A stretch of 64,000 bases of DNA, taken from assembly GCA_964598335.1 (NCBI GenBank), contig CAZRBL010000011.1:1634-65633 (forward strand), in the 5' to 3' direction. The notes below the pieces were generated by a model. It ran no database searches and was not told where the DNA came from. It saw nothing but the letters and a program-made list of their open reading frames with translations. The translations under genes and the position numbers were made by a program. The first letter of the stretch is position 1, and each line of letters opens with the position of its first letter. This DNA comes from an uncultured Rhodospirillales bacterium. Its GTDB lineage: Bacteria > Pseudomonadota > Alphaproteobacteria > CAZRBL01. Shown here one piece after another: positions 1 to 13,327 of this stretch.

Positions 1-1
1 C

Positions 2-1012
2 GACGCGCTGGCCCGCCCGATCGATCGGCGCGGCTCGCTGCCGCGCGGCAGCACCGAAAGGCCCTTCCGCGCGCCGCCGCTCAATGCATATGCACGCAAC
101 CGCATCGGCGACCGCATCCGCACCGGCGTCAGAGCCATTGACGGTTTCACGCCGGTCTGCAGCGGTCAGCGGCTCGGCATATTCGCCGGGTCGGGCGTCG
201 GTAAATCGACGCTGCTGTCGATGCTGGCGCGCCATGTCGAGGCCGATGTCGTGGTCATCGGCCTGATCGGCGAGCGCGGTCGCGAAGTGCAGGATTTCAT
301 CCAGGATACGCTCGGCGAGGACGGTCTTGCACGTTCGGTGCTGGTCGTGAGTACTGCCGATGAGCCGCCCGCCATGCGCCGTCAGGCCGCCTATACCACA
401 ATGGCCGTGTCCGAGCATTTCCGTGATCAAGGTCTGCATGTGCTGTGTCTGATGGACAGCGTCACCCGCTTTGCCATGGCCCAGCGGGAAATCGGTCTGG
501 CTGCCGGTGAGCCGCCGACCAGCAAGGGCTACCCGCCGACCGTGTTCTCGGAGCTGGCGCAGCTGCTCGAACGGGCCGGGCCCGGCGATCCGGTCGGTGC
601 CGTCACCGGGCTGTTCTCGGTGCTGGTCGAGGGCGGCGATCATGACGAGCCGGTGGCGGACGCCGTGCGCGGTATCCTCGACGGTCATATCGTGCTTGAC
701 CGCAAGATCGCCGAGCGCGGTCGCTATCCCGCCATCGACGTGCTGGCCAGCGTTTCAAGGACCGCGCCGGGCTGCCTGACCGCAGCCGAGGCGGATATCC
801 TTGGCCACGCCCGGCGCCTGCTCGCCGATTATGAGGACATGCGCGAACTGATCCGGATCGGTGCCTACAAGCAGGGCGGCAACCCGGTAACCGACCGCGC
901 CATCCAGGCGCATGATCCGATCGCCACACTGCTGACCCAGCAGCCGAATGAGGATGACGACGCCGACATCTTCGAAGCCCTGAACGACATTGTTCGGGCG
1001 CTGGAGGTCTGA
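2..1012 (+). CDS. fliI: Flagellar export ATPase FliI (5'-truncated by window edge)
   Basis: Frame 2 is open from base 2. Walker [17 protein letters not shown], then [23 protein letters not shown] and [14 protein letters not shown], typical of alphaproteobacterial FliI. Confidence 0.9.
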   Translation, partial: DALARPIDRRGSLPRGSTERPFRAPPLNAYARNRIGDRIRTGVRAIDGFTPVCSGQRLGIFAGSGVGKSTLLSMLARHVEADVVVIGLIGERGREVQDFIQDTLGEDGLARSVLVVSTADEPPAMRRQAAYTTMAVSEHFRDQGLHVLCLMDSVTRFAMAQREIGLAAGEPPTSKGYPPTVFSELAQLLERAGPGDPVGAVTGLFSVLVEGGDHDEPVADAVRGILDGHIVLDRKIAERGRYPAIDVLASVSRTAPGCLTAAEADILGHARRLLADYEDMRELIRIGAYKQGGNPVTDRAIQAHDPIATLLTQQPNEDDDADIFEALNDIVRALEV

Positions 1013-1116
1013 GTCATTTTCGGATCATTCCGGCCCCCCTGCACCCCAGCCTCTGCCCCAATTGGGATAGGGCCAACTGGGATAGGCCAAATGGGATAGG
1101 GGTGAGAGCGGTCCGC
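1011..1116. repeat. Degenerate copy of the hairpin element family, containing 3 tandem CCAANTGGGATAGG units (1058-1100)
   Basis: cattttcggatcattccggccccc-ctgcacccc resembles the A flank and arm of the 56848 element. Units ccaattgggataggg, ccaactgggatagg, ccaaatgggatagg read directly. Confidence 0.65.
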
Positions 1117-1209
1117 TGCGTCAGCCGACTGCCTGATCGATCCGATGAGGGCTGTGGTGCCTGCATCGCCGAAAAAACCGCCTTCCCCGGGCCGGTATTC
1201 CGCGCTAAG

Positions 1210-1227
1210 GTTACAGCTTGATGACAG
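1210..1227 (-). promoter_or_regulatory. Putative Pho box (PhoB site), reverse orientation relative to the patatin gene
   Basis: Minus strand reads CTGTCAT-CAAG-CTGTAAC, matching the CTGTCAT-N4-CTGT(C/A)A(C/T) consensus; 21 bp before the patatin ATG. Confidence 0.55.
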
Positions 1228-1248
1228 GGAAGAGTGAGTCGACCACTT

Positions 1249-2391
1249 ATGAGCCGTAACAAACAGACCCCGGAAAGGGAGCAGGGCGGCGCGGATGCAG
1301 TGGCCTGCCAGGGCGGCGGCGGGCACGGCCCCTTTGCCTGGGGCTGGCTCGATCGGGCCCTCGAAGAGATGGAAATCAACCCCGATTTCCAATTCAACCC
1401 GCAAACCTGGAGCGGCAGCAGCGCAGGCGCGATGAATGTCATTATCGCCGCGCATGGCATGATGGCCGGCGGACCGGCGCGCGCGCGTGCGGACCTGGCC
1501 GAGTTCTGGCCGGAAGTTGCCTCCTTTTCGCGCGGCCTGCCGAGCAATCCGATGCTGAACGGGACCTTCGCAGGCAACCCGATGGCCGACTGGCTGATCT
1601 ACATGAATACCGAAGTGCTGATGCACTGGCTGCCATGGTACAGGCCGGTCGATATCGCGCCCTTGCGAGAACTGATCGAAAAGCGTGTCGATTTCGATCT
1701 TCTCAAACAACCGGACGCGCCGCGCATCTTCATAAATGCGAGCAATGCGCGCCGCATCGGCCAGTCGCGGATTTTCACCAATGCTGATCTCAGCCCCGAT
1801 GCGGTGGTGGCCTCGGCGGCCTTGCCACAGCTTTTCCAGCCGGTCGACATTGATGGCGAGCTGTATTTCGACGGCGGGCTGACGCGAAACCCGCCTTTGC
1901 CGACGGATCGGGAGGATTTGTTCGCGATTGCCATCAACCCGACCGAACGGCACTCGGTTCCGAAAACGGCGATGGAGCTGACCGCACGGACGCAGGAGAT
2001 ACAGCTTAATGCCGCCTTTCGGCGCGAGCTTGAGCAGATCGAACTGCACAATGATCGTCTGGATGCGGGTTTGACGAGCGGCCTGCCGGTGGATCACAAG
2101 GTAAGGCTGCATCTGATCGAAGCCGATGGCTATATCGATCATTTCAGCTTTTACAGCCGCCGCATGGCTGATTGGTCAATGTTTCAGGCGCTATTCGAAG
2201 CGGGCCGCAAGGCCGGCCAGGACTGGCTTGATGCCCATGGCGCCGATTTCCGGCAGGACTCGACCTTCCGCCTTACCGATAAAGAGACCGCGGCAGAGCA
2301 TTTGAACGATATCCGGCCGCTTGTGCCGATCAATGAAATGATCCAGCGCGGTCCGAGCGGCAAGAACGGCCCCGCACCCGTAACGCCCTAG
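1249..2391 (+). CDS. Patatin-like phospholipase
   Basis: Oxyanion loop QGGGGHG, nucleophile elbow GSSAG, catalytic DGG (YFDGGL), ASAALPQLFQPVDIDG. C-terminal extension ends GPAPVTP. Confidence 0.88.
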   Translation: MSRNKQTPEREQGGADAVACQGGGGHGPFAWGWLDRALEEMEINPDFQFNPQTWSGSSAGAMNVIIAAHGMMAGGPARARADLAEFWPEVASFSRGLPSNPMLNGTFAGNPMADWLIYMNTEVLMHWLPWYRPVDIAPLRELIEKRVDFDLLKQPDAPRIFINASNARRIGQSRIFTNADLSPDAVVASAALPQLFQPVDIDGELYFDGGLTRNPPLPTDREDLFAIAINPTERHSVPKTAMELTARTQEIQLNAAFRRELEQIELHNDRLDAGLTSGLPVDHKVRLHLIEADGYIDHFSFYSRRMADWSMFQALFEAGRKAGQDWLDAHGADFRQDSTFRLTDKETAAEHLNDIRPLVPINEMIQRGPSGKNGPAPVTP

Positions 2392-2402
2392 TTTGTATCG
2401 CC

Positions 2403-3245
2403 ATGGCGGCTTCGCGGCACAATGTGACGCTTTCCCTTGTGCTGCCGGGAATGGGGCCGCCCGCCGATATTCATCAAAGCCTGAAAGCGCTTCTGGCGGC
2501 ACCGGATCTGCGGCTGCACAGCCTCTATGCCACCGGTATCGATACGCTGCCTGCCGCCCTCCTCGCGCATGGATTGACCCAAGGCCAGCCCGCCGGCCGG
2601 ATCAGCTCTGCACTTGACCGGTTTTACGATGGGCTCGGCAGGCATGCCTTTTACGGCCCGTTTGACCGGACCTATGCCGCACAAATGCTGGGCGCGGAAG
2701 AAAGCCGGATCGACAGCCTTTTCGACCATGACACGCCGCCTTTGTCGCAAACGGCGTGGCGCGATGTGGTTACCGAAGCGTTCGGCTGGCAAGCCGGTCA
2801 GCCGCTTGCGATCAATGGTCTGGGATTAGGCGTGACCGATCTCAGGCGCGGCATTGCCGAGGTTTTGACGCCGCCTCATGATATCGACCGGCTGATGGCG
2901 GCGACGATCAACCCGCTTCAATTTCCGCCCTTGGCCTGCGCCGGCCTGCTCGCCGGCCACAGCGCCTCGGCCACGCCGCATATTCTGGTCGATCAGGCCG
3001 TGCGGCACATGGAGTGCGATGCCGTCCTGGTCCTGCGCGGCGATTGGCGCGGCACCCCGGAGCACGTCGACGAGACCATCGGGCTGCAGGAAGAGGCAGG
3101 CCTGATCCAGTCGATCGAGCAGGCCAATCTGCGGGTTGAGATCATCGGCCTCGGCCCGGTCTGCATTGATGCGGCCCTCCTGGCCGAGGGGGTGACGCCG
3201 CCCGCCATCAGCGCGGCGCTCGATGAGGTATCGGTCAGGGATTGA
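2403..3245 (+). CDS. Catalytically degenerate patatin-like paralog
   Basis: Collinear by eye with the upstream patatin (AALLAHGL...ALDRFY; LMAATINPLQFPPL), but the GGGxxG, GxSxG and DGG motifs are all replaced. Confidence 0.55.
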   Translation: MAASRHNVTLSLVLPGMGPPADIHQSLKALLAAPDLRLHSLYATGIDTLPAALLAHGLTQGQPAGRISSALDRFYDGLGRHAFYGPFDRTYAAQMLGAEESRIDSLFDHDTPPLSQTAWRDVVTEAFGWQAGQPLAINGLGLGVTDLRRGIAEVLTPPHDIDRLMAATINPLQFPPLACAGLLAGHSASATPHILVDQAVRHMECDAVLVLRGDWRGTPEHVDETIGLQEEAGLIQSIEQANLRVEIIGLGPVCIDAALLAEGVTPPAISAALDEVSVRD

Positions 3246-4050
3246 CCGGCGGTCTCTTTTCCGGCTGCGGTGCCAGTGCCGTCTTCGGCTTGGCGCCCAG
3301 CGCGGCCCGCATTTCCTTCGGCTTGTCGCTGAATACCCCGTCGATGCCCAGCTCAGTGAGCGCGCGGCCGACGGAGGGGTCGTTGACGGTATAGGCACGC
3401 AGCTCATAGCCGGCTGTCTTGACGGCTGCGACCGCGGCCGGCGTCAGCGCCTCGGCGTCGGCGTGGATCGCGATCACGTCCAGCTTGCGCGCTTGCTTCT
3501 GCCAGTCGTCGTCCAGCGATCGCAGCAGCAAGGCGCGGTCATATTCGACCGGTGCGAGTGAGGTGATGGTCGCCAAGGCCTTCGGCTCGAAACTTGAAAT
3601 CAGCGGCCGGGGCAGGGTGGCATCCCACTGATCCTGCAGCGTACGAACGACGGCGAAGGCGGTGTCGCGAGCCAGCCTTTTCGTCGTCTTGATCTCGATT
3701 TGCGGCCGCAGCCCCAGCCCGGCACATAGGTCCAGCGCCTCGGCAAGGCTGGGGATCGATTCCGGACGCTGTTCGCTGCCGGCATTGATCCCTGCAAGCT
3801 GCGCGAATGACTTTTTGCGCAGATAGCCGGTAGCATCGGTCGTGCGGTCCAGGGTGGCGTCGTGAAACAGCACCGGCTGATCATCGGCAGTCAGACGGAC
3901 GTCGAATTCGACGGTGTCGCAGCCATCACGCTTGGCTTGGCGGATGCCCGCCAGCGTGTTTTCCGGCGCGTTGCCCATATTGGTACGATGGGAGATAACC
4001 TCGATACCGCCCTTTTGCCGCGGCCTGCCGGTTCTGTCTTTTCTGCTCAT
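3235..4050 (-). CDS. ugpQ: Glycerophosphodiester phosphodiesterase (UgpQ/GlpQ family)
   Basis: SHR...APENT, VEFDVRLTADD..LFHD.TLDRTT, QIEIK, YTVND, GIDGVFSDKP. Confidence 0.88.
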   Translation of the reverse strand: MSRKDRTGRPRQKGGIEVISHRTNMGNAPENTLAGIRQAKRDGCDTVEFDVRLTADDQPVLFHDATLDRTTDATGYLRKKSFAQLAGINAGSEQRPESIPSLAEALDLCAGLGLRPQIEIKTTKRLARDTAFAVVRTLQDQWDATLPRPLISSFEPKALATITSLAPVEYDRALLLRSLDDDWQKQARKLDVIAIHADAEALTPAAVAAVKTAGYELRAYTVNDPSVGRALTELGIDGVFSDKPKEMRAALGAKPKTALAPQPEKRPPVNP

Positions 4051-4120
4051 TGCGGGACCCCTCCCGTGCCCATGCTGTCACCGCGAGCCGGACCCTCCGA
4101 CTCGCGGTATCAGTGTGCGA

Positions 4121-6241
<2,121 letters not shown>

Positions 6242-6290
6242 TGTCTTTTTATCTCTTTCCACACGGCCGGATTGCCGTGTTTGGTTTGGG

Positions 6291-6452
6291 GCCGGTCCGC
6301 TCCTCACCCCCGCCACTGCGTTCTGGTGCCGGGCCTCCCGCGCCCCCGCTTTGGCCACCCCGTCAGGATACTCTCGTAAGGTGGTCAGGGCGGGGGCGCG
6401 GGAGGCTTGGATCAGTCAGACATCACAATGCGGGGGTGAGGGGCGGGCCGGC
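6291..6452. repeat. Nested long inverted repeat in the rpsO-pnp spacer; relative of the 131-bp element family
   Basis: Outer arms gccggtccgctcctcacccccgc / gcgggggtgaggggcgggccggc; inner arms gcctcccgcgcccccgc / gcgggggcgcgggaggc; loop contains CAGGATACT. Confidence 0.75.
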
Positions 6453-6463
6453 GCAACTAAAAA

Positions 6464-6733
6464 CTACCGACGCAAGCCGAGAGGCTCAACGATCGTCCGA
6501 TAGCGGCCTTCGTCTTTCTTGCGCAGATAGTCGAGCAGGCGGCGGCGTTGGCCGACCATGCCGAGCAGACCGCGACGGCTGTGCAGGTCGCCTTTGTGGC
6601 TTTGCATGTGTTCGGTGAGGTTCCCGATCCGCTCGCTCAGGATCGCGATCTGGACTTCGGGAGATCCGGTGTCGCCCGGATTGCGGGCATATTCTTCGAT
6701 AAGCGACTCTTTGCGCTCTTGCGTAATCGACAT
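6464..6733 (-). CDS. rpsO: 30S ribosomal protein S15
   Basis: [43 protein letters not shown]; 89 aa. Confidence 0.98.
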   Translation of the reverse strand: MSITQERKESLIEEYARNPGDTGSPEVQIAILSERIGNLTEHMQSHKGDLHSRRGLLGMVGQRRRLLDYLRKKDEGRYRTIVEPLGLRR

Positions 6734-6773
6734 CGTATTTTCCTTTTCTTCGGGCCCGTCTCTGCGGGCGGTT

Positions 6774-7718
6774 TCACACGTGCAGAATGCGCACAGGCCG
6801 GACCGAGGCGCCGTCGACGGCGACAATCGCCACCGGACGACCTTGGCAGGTCGCGAGCGCGGCGTCGCCGCCCCCGTCCTCGCCGTCCTGCCTGAGCCGA
6901 TCGAGCCGTTCCCGGTCCTGCCGCCTTAGCAGCGTCACCGGTTGCCCATTCCGCAGATGGCATGCCTCCTGATCGGTCAGGGCCAGTGCCGGGATGTCGT
7001 CCAGCGCGGTCTCGACCGGTAGAAGGTGATTGGAAATGGCGCCGTCATGCCCCAGCGCCATCAGCTCGTCCAAGGTTACCGCGTCCTGGGCATGAAAACC
7101 GCCGACCGCAACGCGCCGCAGCGCGCTGATATGGCCGTGGCAGCCAAAATGCCTTCCGAGATCGCGGGCCAGAGACCGAACATAGAAACCGCGACCGCTG
7201 CTGATTTCAAAGGTCGCGTGATCGGTGTCGGAAATCTCCACCAGATCGAGCTTATACACATCCACAGGGCGGCTGGCCAGCGTCACCGTCTCGCCCGCGC
7301 GCGCGAGGTCATAAGCGCGCTCGCCCTGCACCTTGATGGCGGAGAATTGCGGCGGCACCTGATCGATGCACCCGACAAAGCCGGGCAGCACAGCTTCGAT
7401 TTCATCCCGCCCCGGTCGGTCATCGCTGGTCGCGATGATAGTGCCCTCACTGTCATCAGTATCGCGGGCTTCTCCCCAACGCACGGTGAATCGGTAAAGC
7501 TTTTCAGCGTCTTGAACGTAAGGCACGGTTTTCGTCGCCTCGCCCAGGGCGAGCGGCAATACCCCCGTCGCCAGCGGGTCGAGCGTGCCGGCATGACCGA
7601 CTTTCTGCGGGTTCAACAGGCGCTTGATGCGGCTGACGACTTCTGTCGACGTCAATCCGCGCGCCTTGTCGATATTGAGCCAGCCATTGATCGGGCGGCC
7701 TTTGCGTCGTCGCGCCAT
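6774..7718 (-). CDS. truB: tRNA pseudouridine(55) synthase
   Basis: [16 protein letters not shown] motif; position in the infB-rbfA-truB-rpsO operon. Confidence 0.97.
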   Translation of the reverse strand: MARRRKGRPINGWLNIDKARGLTSTEVVSRIKRLLNPQKVGHAGTLDPLATGVLPLALGEATKTVPYVQDAEKLYRFTVRWGEARDTDDSEGTIIATSDDRPGRDEIEAVLPGFVGCIDQVPPQFSAIKVQGERAYDLARAGETVTLASRPVDVYKLDLVEISDTDHATFEISSGRGFYVRSLARDLGRHFGCHGHISALRRVAVGGFHAQDAVTLDELMALGHDGAISNHLLPVETALDDIPALALTDQEACHLRNGQPVTLLRRQDRERLDRLRQDGEDGGGDAALATCQGRPVAIVAVDGASVRPVRILHV

Positions 7719-7720
7719 TC

Positions 7721-8119
7721 TCAGCCGTTTTCCGAATCGGTGCGCAGATCGCGGGCGACCGGATCGCTGTGCAGCAGTTTTTCGATCTTTTCCGCCTCGT
7801 CGAAGGTGGTGTCGACGGCGAAGGTCATTGTCGGGGTGAACCGCAAATCGAGCTCCCGGCTGATCTCGCGCCGGATATAGGCCGCGGCGCGATTGAGTCC
7901 GGCGACCACGGCTTCAGTATCCTGGCCGCCCAGGGGCATGACAAAGGCGGTGGCGTTTTTCAGATCGGGGCTGATCCGCACCTCGGACACGGTGATATCG
8001 GCATCGATCAATGCCGGATCGCGGAAGTGCCCGCGCCGCAGCAGATCGGCCAAGATATGCCGTATATGTTCCCCGACCCGAAGCTGGCGCTGGCTCGGCG
8101 GCTTGTGAAAATGTTTCAT
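7721..8119 (-). CDS. rbfA: Ribosome-binding factor A
   Basis: SQRQLRVGEHIR, ITVSEVRISPDLKNA, LRFTPTMTF. Confidence 0.97.
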   Translation of the reverse strand: MKHFHKPPSQRQLRVGEHIRHILADLLRRGHFRDPALIDADITVSEVRISPDLKNATAFVMPLGGQDTEAVVAGLNRAAAYIRREISRELDLRFTPTMTFAVDTTFDEAEKIEKLLHSDPVARDLRTDSENG

Positions 8120-8148
8120 GATATTCTTACACTGCTTCCGTCTTGAAA

Positions 8149-8276
8149 CCTCTCTTCCCAGGGAAAGAGAGGATGCAGGATCATGGGGTTGGCATTGCCA
8201 AGCCCTTGATCCTGACGGTGAAGGGGATTGCCGCCTTGCCCCTCACCGCGGCCCTTTCCCCTGCGGGAAAGAGGGC
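8149..8276. repeat. Two REP-like palindromes in the infB-rbfA spacer
   Basis: cctctcttcccagggaaagagagg (8149-8172) and cccctcacc..gccctttcccctgcgggaaagagggc (8239-8276) resemble the common alphaproteobacterial CCCCTCACC...CCCTCTCCC-N-GGGAGAGGG repeat. Confidence 0.6.
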
Positions 8277-8281
8277 ATTTA

Positions 8282-11014
8282 TTACAATTCTCTTTTCGTC
8301 TCGGTGACCTCGAAGCATTCGATAACGTCGCCCTGCTTGATATCGTCATAGTTTTCAAAGGCCATGCCGCATTCAAAGCCTTCGGTGACTTCCTTCACCT
8401 CGTCCTTGAAGCGCTTGAGGGTTTTCAGCTTGCCCTCATGGATGACGACATCATCGCGCAGCAGGCGCACGCCGGAGCCGCGCCGGACGACGCCTTCGGT
8501 GACGAAACAGCCCGCGACCTTGCCGACCTTGGTGATGTTGAAGACTTCGCGGATTTCGGCATAGCCGATGAAGTCTTCGCGCACCTCAGGCGACAGCATG
8601 CCCGAAACCGCCGCTTTCACATCGTCGATGATATCGTAGATGACGTTGTAATAGCGGATTTCCTGGCCTTCGCGCCGTGCCAGCTCGCGCGCCTGGGCAT
8701 TGGCCCGCACATTGAACGCAACGATCATCGCATCCGAGGCCTGAGCCAGCGTGATATCGGATTCGTTGATCGCGCCGACGCTGGTATGCAGCACCTTGAG
8801 ATCGATTTCGTCGATATCCTCGCCGATTTTCTCAAGCGCGCCGGAAATTGCCTCGGCCGAGCCGTGGACGTCGGTTTTGACCAGCACCGCCAGTGTTTGC
8901 TTTTCGCCTTCCTTGGCCTGGATGAGAAGCTGATCGAGCGAGCCGCGCTTGCCGGCGACAGCCGCTGCTTCGCGCTTTTTGCGGTCGCGATATTCGGCGA
9001 TCTCGCGGGCGCGCGCTTCATTTTCGACAACGACGAAATCGTCACCGGCTGCCGGGGTTCCGTTCAGGCCGAGCACTTCGACCGGCATGCCGGGATCGGC
9101 TGTCTTGACCTGCTCACCGCGATCATTGAGCAGCGCGCGTACGCGGCCGAACTCAGTGCCGGTGACGAAGATATCGCCGACATTCAGCGTACCCTTCTGG
9201 ACCAGCACCGTGGCCACCGAACCGCGACCCTTTTCAACCTTGGCCTCGACCACCGTGCCATGGGCCGCGCGGTCGGGATTGGCCTTGAGCTCCAGCAATT
9301 CGGCCTGAAGCAGGATCGCTTCCTCGAGTTTATCGAGATTTGTTTTCTTGGTCGCGGAGACGTCGACGGCCTGGATGTCGCCGCCCATCTCCTCCACGAC
9401 CAGCTCATATTGCAGCAATTCCTGCTTGACCCGGTTCGGATCGGCATCGGGCTTGTCGACCTTGTTTACCGCAACGATGATCGGCACGTCGGCCGCCTTG
9501 GCATGGCTGATCGCCTCTTGTGTTTGCGGCATGACGCCGTCATCGGCGGCGACCACGATGACGACGATATCGGTGACATTGGCACCGCGCGCCCGCATTT
9601 CGGTGAAGGCGGCATGGCCCGGCGTGTCGACAAAGGTGATCTTGTCACCGCCTTCGAGCTGTACCTGATAGGCGCCGATGTGCTGGGTGATGCCGCCCGC
9701 CTCGCCGGCGACGACATCGGCCTGTCGCAGTGCGTCAAGCAGCGAGGTCTTGCCGTGATCGACATGGCCCATGATGGTGACGACCGGCGGTCGGGGCTTC
9801 AGGGTGCCTTCCTCATCGGTCTCGCCTTCGAGGCCGAGCTCGACATCGGATTCCGAGACCCGTTTGGATTTGTGGCCGAATTCTTCAACGATCAGCTCAG
9901 CGGTGTCGGCATCGATGATCTCGTTGATGGTGACCATCATGCCCATCTTCATCAGCGATTTGATCACCTCACCGCTGCGCTCGGCCATTCGGTTGGACAG
10001 CTCCTGAACGGTAATCATGTCGGGAATGGTCACCTCGCGGGTAACTTTGACCTGTTCACCGCTGGTTTCCTGCCGACGTTCCTTCTCCCGTGCCCGCTTC
10101 ATCGCGGCCAGACTCCGCACGCGCTCGGCACCGACATCGTCATTCAGGGCCTGGGTCACGGTCAGCTTGCCCGCGCGACGGCGTTCACCGCCGGGGCGGG
10201 TGCGCGGGGTTGCCGGCCGCGCCGTCTTGGTCTTGCCGCGGCTTCTGCGATCATCGTCCTCGACAGGTGCGCCTTCGGACAGGCGGTCCATCTTGGCGGC
10301 AGCCTGGCGCCCTGCGCGATCGGCCATTTCCCGGCGCTCCTGTTCGGCGCGCTCTTTGGCCTCGCGTTCGGCGCGGCGGGATTCCTCCAACGCCTTGCGC
10401 GCTTCCTCGGCTTTCTCTTGGGCCGCCTTGTCGGATTCGCGGATGCGGCGCAGTTCCTCTTCCTCGCGGGCGCGGACGGCATCGGCATCAGCCGGCGCTT
10501 CGGCCGCTTTGCGCTCTGCTTCTTCCTTTGCCCTGGCTGAGGCTTCGGCAGCGGCGCGCGCGGCAGCTTCGGCGGCTTCGGCCGCCTGACGCGCGGCTTC
10601 GGCGCGGGCGCGGGCAGGCGATGGCGGCAAATCGGTGCCTGACTGATCCGTCGACGCGCCGCGAAGGGCGGCGAGCCGCGCCTGACGTTCGGCTTCGGTC
10701 AGTTGACGGCCGCCGCGCTTTGGCGTTGCCTCTCCACTCTGCGGCGGTGCCGTCTCGGGACCTTTCTGCGGGGTTTTCTTGAGGTTCAGCTTGCCGCGCG
10801 CCGCGGTCTTGGTCTCGACCGGCTTGGCGCTCGGGTTCTGTGCCGGGGCGGGGCCGGTTTTCTTGCGCTTGACCTCAACCTGCACTGCCTTGCTGCGGCC
10901 ATGCGAGAAGCTTTGGCGTACCTGGGTGCCGCCATCGGCACCCGGCTTGAGACCGAGCTTGCCCCGATTGCCGAGGCTCAGCTTCTTTTTCGAACCTTCA
11001 GTCGTTTCACTCAT
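8282..11014 (-). CDS. infB: Translation initiation factor IF-2
   Basis: [24 protein letters not shown]. Start taken at MSETTEG. Confidence 0.98.
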   Translation of the reverse strand: MSETTEGSKKKLSLGNRGKLGLKPGADGGTQVRQSFSHGRSKAVQVEVKRKKTGPAPAQNPSAKPVETKTAARGKLNLKKTPQKGPETAPPQSGEATPKRGGRQLTEAERQARLAALRGASTDQSGTDLPPSPARARAEAARQAAEAAEAAARAAAEASARAKEEAERKAAEAPADADAVRAREEEELRRIRESDKAAQEKAEEARKALEESRRAEREAKERAEQERREMADRAGRQAAAKMDRLSEGAPVEDDDRRSRGKTKTARPATPRTRPGGERRRAGKLTVTQALNDDVGAERVRSLAAMKRAREKERRQETSGEQVKVTREVTIPDMITVQELSNRMAERSGEVIKSLMKMGMMVTINEIIDADTAELIVEEFGHKSKRVSESDVELGLEGETDEEGTLKPRPPVVTIMGHVDHGKTSLLDALRQADVVAGEAGGITQHIGAYQVQLEGGDKITFVDTPGHAAFTEMRARGANVTDIVVIVVAADDGVMPQTQEAISHAKAADVPIIVAVNKVDKPDADPNRVKQELLQYELVVEEMGGDIQAVDVSATKKTNLDKLEEAILLQAELLELKANPDRAAHGTVVEAKVEKGRGSVATVLVQKGTLNVGDIFVTGTEFGRVRALLNDRGEQVKTADPGMPVEVLGLNGTPAAGDDFVVVENEARAREIAEYRDRKKREAAAVAGKRGSLDQLLIQAKEGEKQTLAVLVKTDVHGSAEAISGALEKIGEDIDEIDLKVLHTSVGAINESDITLAQASDAMIVAFNVRANAQARELARREGQEIRYYNVIYDIIDDVKAAVSGMLSPEVREDFIGYAEIREVFNITKVGKVAGCFVTEGVVRRGSGVRLLRDDVVIHEGKLKTLKRFKDEVKEVTEGFECGMAFENYDDIKQGDVIECFEVTETKREL

Positions 11015-11717
11015 AATCTGACCGCTGCGTTTGCGTTTTCGCATGATGTGAAAGCGGCGGGACCTGCGGTGCGAATGCCGCAAGGCGCCGGTGATCGCGG
11101 GCCAGCCTGTCGGCCAGTTTCCCGGGGGCGATCATGACGGTGGCAAGGCTGCCGGTCTTGCCCAGCGCGCTTGCCATTTCGGCGCCGTTCAGCGCCGTCA
11201 GGAAACGGGTATCCGGCGGCGCCAGGCGGCGCAGCCTGTTGAAATTTCTCTCGCCGCTATCGGCCGCGCGCAGGATCAAGGCCTTGTCCGTCTTGGGCAG
11301 GGCGGCGGCGATGCGCTCGAAACCGAGGGTGACGGTGCCGGCGCGCATGGCAAGGCCGAGCGCATCGCAGCAACGCCGTCGCAGGTTCTGTTCGATCAGC
11401 TCGGCGAGATTCTCCGGCACCGTTACGCTGCGCCGCGCGGCACGATCGAAAACGCGCTTTTTCAACGCATCGGCGATCGCCGAGGGCGACGCGGTCAGCC
11501 AATAGCCTCGACCGGGCAGCTTTTCCGCGAGATCGAGATGCAGAACGCCGTCGGGATCGACGACAAAGCGGATCAGCGCGTCGCGATCCGCCGGTTGCCC
11601 GCGCACAAGGCAACGCCGCTCGCCCTGCGCGCCGCGGCGACGCCGATCGCGGCGTTCTGCGGAACGCTGCTCGGCAGCAAGCGGGGCTTGCCCGTTATGT
11701 GAGGTGACGCTGTGCAC
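11007..11717 (-). CDS. YlxR/DUF448 RNA-binding protein with L7Ae-like C-terminal part
   Basis: [26 protein letters not shown] motif; located between nusA and infB. Confidence 0.88.
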   Translation of the reverse strand: MHSVTSHNGQAPLAAEQRSAERRDRRRRGAQGERRCLVRGQPADRDALIRFVVDPDGVLHLDLAEKLPGRGYWLTASPSAIADALKKRVFDRAARRSVTVPENLAELIEQNLRRRCCDALGLAMRAGTVTLGFERIAAALPKTDKALILRAADSGERNFNRLRRLAPPDTRFLTALNGAEMASALGKTGSLATVMIAPGKLADRLARDHRRLAAFAPQVPPLSHHAKTQTQRSDYE

Positions 11718-11741
11718 TGTGCCTGTCTCACCGCCCTTGAC

Positions 11742-13304
11742 CTAAGCATTGGCCGGTTCGGCCGTATCGGCCTGCTCAGCGCCTTCGCCGGTCGCCCCAT
11801 CTTCACCCTGGTCTTTGCCCTCGTCTTCGTCGTCGAACCAGGTCGCGCGGATCGCCATGATCATTGCTTCAGCCTGTTCGGCGCTGAGAGCGCCCTCGGC
11901 GATTTCCATCAGCTCATCGGTCGCGAGATCGCCGAGATCGTCCGGCGTCTTAACGTCATTCTCACCCAGCTTGACCGCCAGCGACAGCGTCAGCCCGTCG
12001 ATCGCGACCAGCTCATCGGTAACGCCCAGCTCCTGCCGTCTTTCTTCGAGCGCGGCATCGCGGACCTCGATAAAGCCGAGCGCACGGTTGCGCAGCTCTG
12101 TTGCGATATCCTCGTCGAAACCTTCGATTTCGGTCAGCTCTTCGGTTTCGGTATAGGCGACTTCTTCGACCATCGAGAACCCTTCTGCCACAAGCAGATG
12201 CGCAATGACATCGTCGACATCGAGCGCTCCCATAAAAAGTTCGGAGCGCAGGCGGGTCTCCTCGGCGCGTTTTGCCGATTCCTCCTCCTCGGTCATGATG
12301 CCGATATCCCAGCCCGTCAGCATCGAGGCGAGGCGGACATTCTGGCCTCGGCGACCGATGGCGAGGCTGAGCTGGTCGTCGGGCACGACAATCTCGATGC
12401 GGCCGTTCTCCTCATCGAGAACCACCTTGCTGACTTCAGCCGGCGCCAGCGAGTTGACGACGAAAGTGGCCGGGTTTTCCGACCATGGAATAATGTCGAT
12501 CTTTTCGCCCTGCAGTTCGCCGACAACGGCCTGCACACGGCTGCCGCGCATGCCGACGCACGCGCCGACCGGATCGATGCTGCTGTCATTGCTGAGCACG
12601 GCGATCTTGGCGCGGCTGCCGGGATCGCGGGCCACGGCCTTGATCTCGATGATGCCGTCATAGATCTCCGGCACTTCCTGCTGGAACAGCATGGCCATGA
12701 AATTCGGGTGTGCGCGAGACAGGAAGATCTGTGGGCCACGCACCTCCTGCCGGACGTCATAGATGAATGCGCGAACCCGGTCGCCGATATTCAGGCGCTC
12801 GCGCGGCAGGCCGTCTTCACGGCGGATGATGCCTTCGGCGCGGCTGAGGTCGACGGTGACGCCGCCATGGTCGAATCGCTTGACGGTGCCGTTGACGATT
12901 TCGCCGACCCGGTCCTTGTATTCCTCGAACTGCCGCTCACGCTCGGCATCGCGAACCTTCTGCACGATGACCTGCTTGGCAGTCTGCGCGGCAATGCGGC
13001 CGAGATCGATCGGCGGCAGCGGTTCGATGATGAATTCGCCCGCTTCGATACCGGGTTGGCGATCTTGCGCCGCAGCGAGCGGCATCTGAGTGTTCTCGTC
13101 TTCCACCTCCTCGACCGCCTGAATATAGCGGAACAGCGAAATCTCACCGGATTTGCGGTCGATGGTGGCGCGGATATCGTGCTCGAGTCCGTATTTGGCG
13201 CGGCCGGCTTTTTGGATCGCCTGTTCCATCGCCTCGATGACGATTTCCTTGTCGATGCTCTTTTCGCGGGCAACCGCGTCGGCGACATGAAGCAGCTCAA
13301 TCAT
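11742..13304 (-). CDS. nusA: Transcription termination/antitermination factor NusA
   Basis: [43 protein letters not shown] precedes the ATG at 13304. Confidence 0.98.
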   Translation of the reverse strand: MIELLHVADAVAREKSIDKEIVIEAMEQAIQKAGRAKYGLEHDIRATIDRKSGEISLFRYIQAVEEVEDENTQMPLAAAQDRQPGIEAGEFIIEPLPPIDLGRIAAQTAKQVIVQKVRDAERERQFEEYKDRVGEIVNGTVKRFDHGGVTVDLSRAEGIIRREDGLPRERLNIGDRVRAFIYDVRQEVRGPQIFLSRAHPNFMAMLFQQEVPEIYDGIIEIKAVARDPGSRAKIAVLSNDSSIDPVGACVGMRGSRVQAVVGELQGEKIDIIPWSENPATFVVNSLAPAEVSKVVLDEENGRIEIVVPDDQLSLAIGRRGQNVRLASMLTGWDIGIMTEEEESAKRAEETRLRSELFMGALDVDDVIAHLLVAEGFSMVEEVAYTETEELTEIEGFDEDIATELRNRALGFIEVRDAALEERRQELGVTDELVAIDGLTLSLAVKLGENDVKTPDDLGDLATDELMEIAEGALSAEQAEAMIMAIRATWFDDEDEGKDQGEDGATGEGAEQADTAEPANA

Positions 13305-13327
13305 CCTGTGCTCTCCTAACTCCGTCC

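Noticed and set aside
2-1012. Injectisome ATPase (SctN) that could secrete the candidate effectors
   Set aside because: Sequence reads like alphaproteobacterial flagellar FliI and no other T3SS gene is in the window; needs phylogeny to exclude fully.
1058-1100. CRISPR array
   Set aside because: Units are adjacent with no spacers and no cas genes are present; no CRISPR seen anywhere in the window.
8228-10540. 770-aa + strand ORF
   Set aside because: Antisense shadow of infB caused by high-GC codon bias. The same applies to 865-2142, 11712-13319, 24675-26120, 43807-45138 and similar ORFs.
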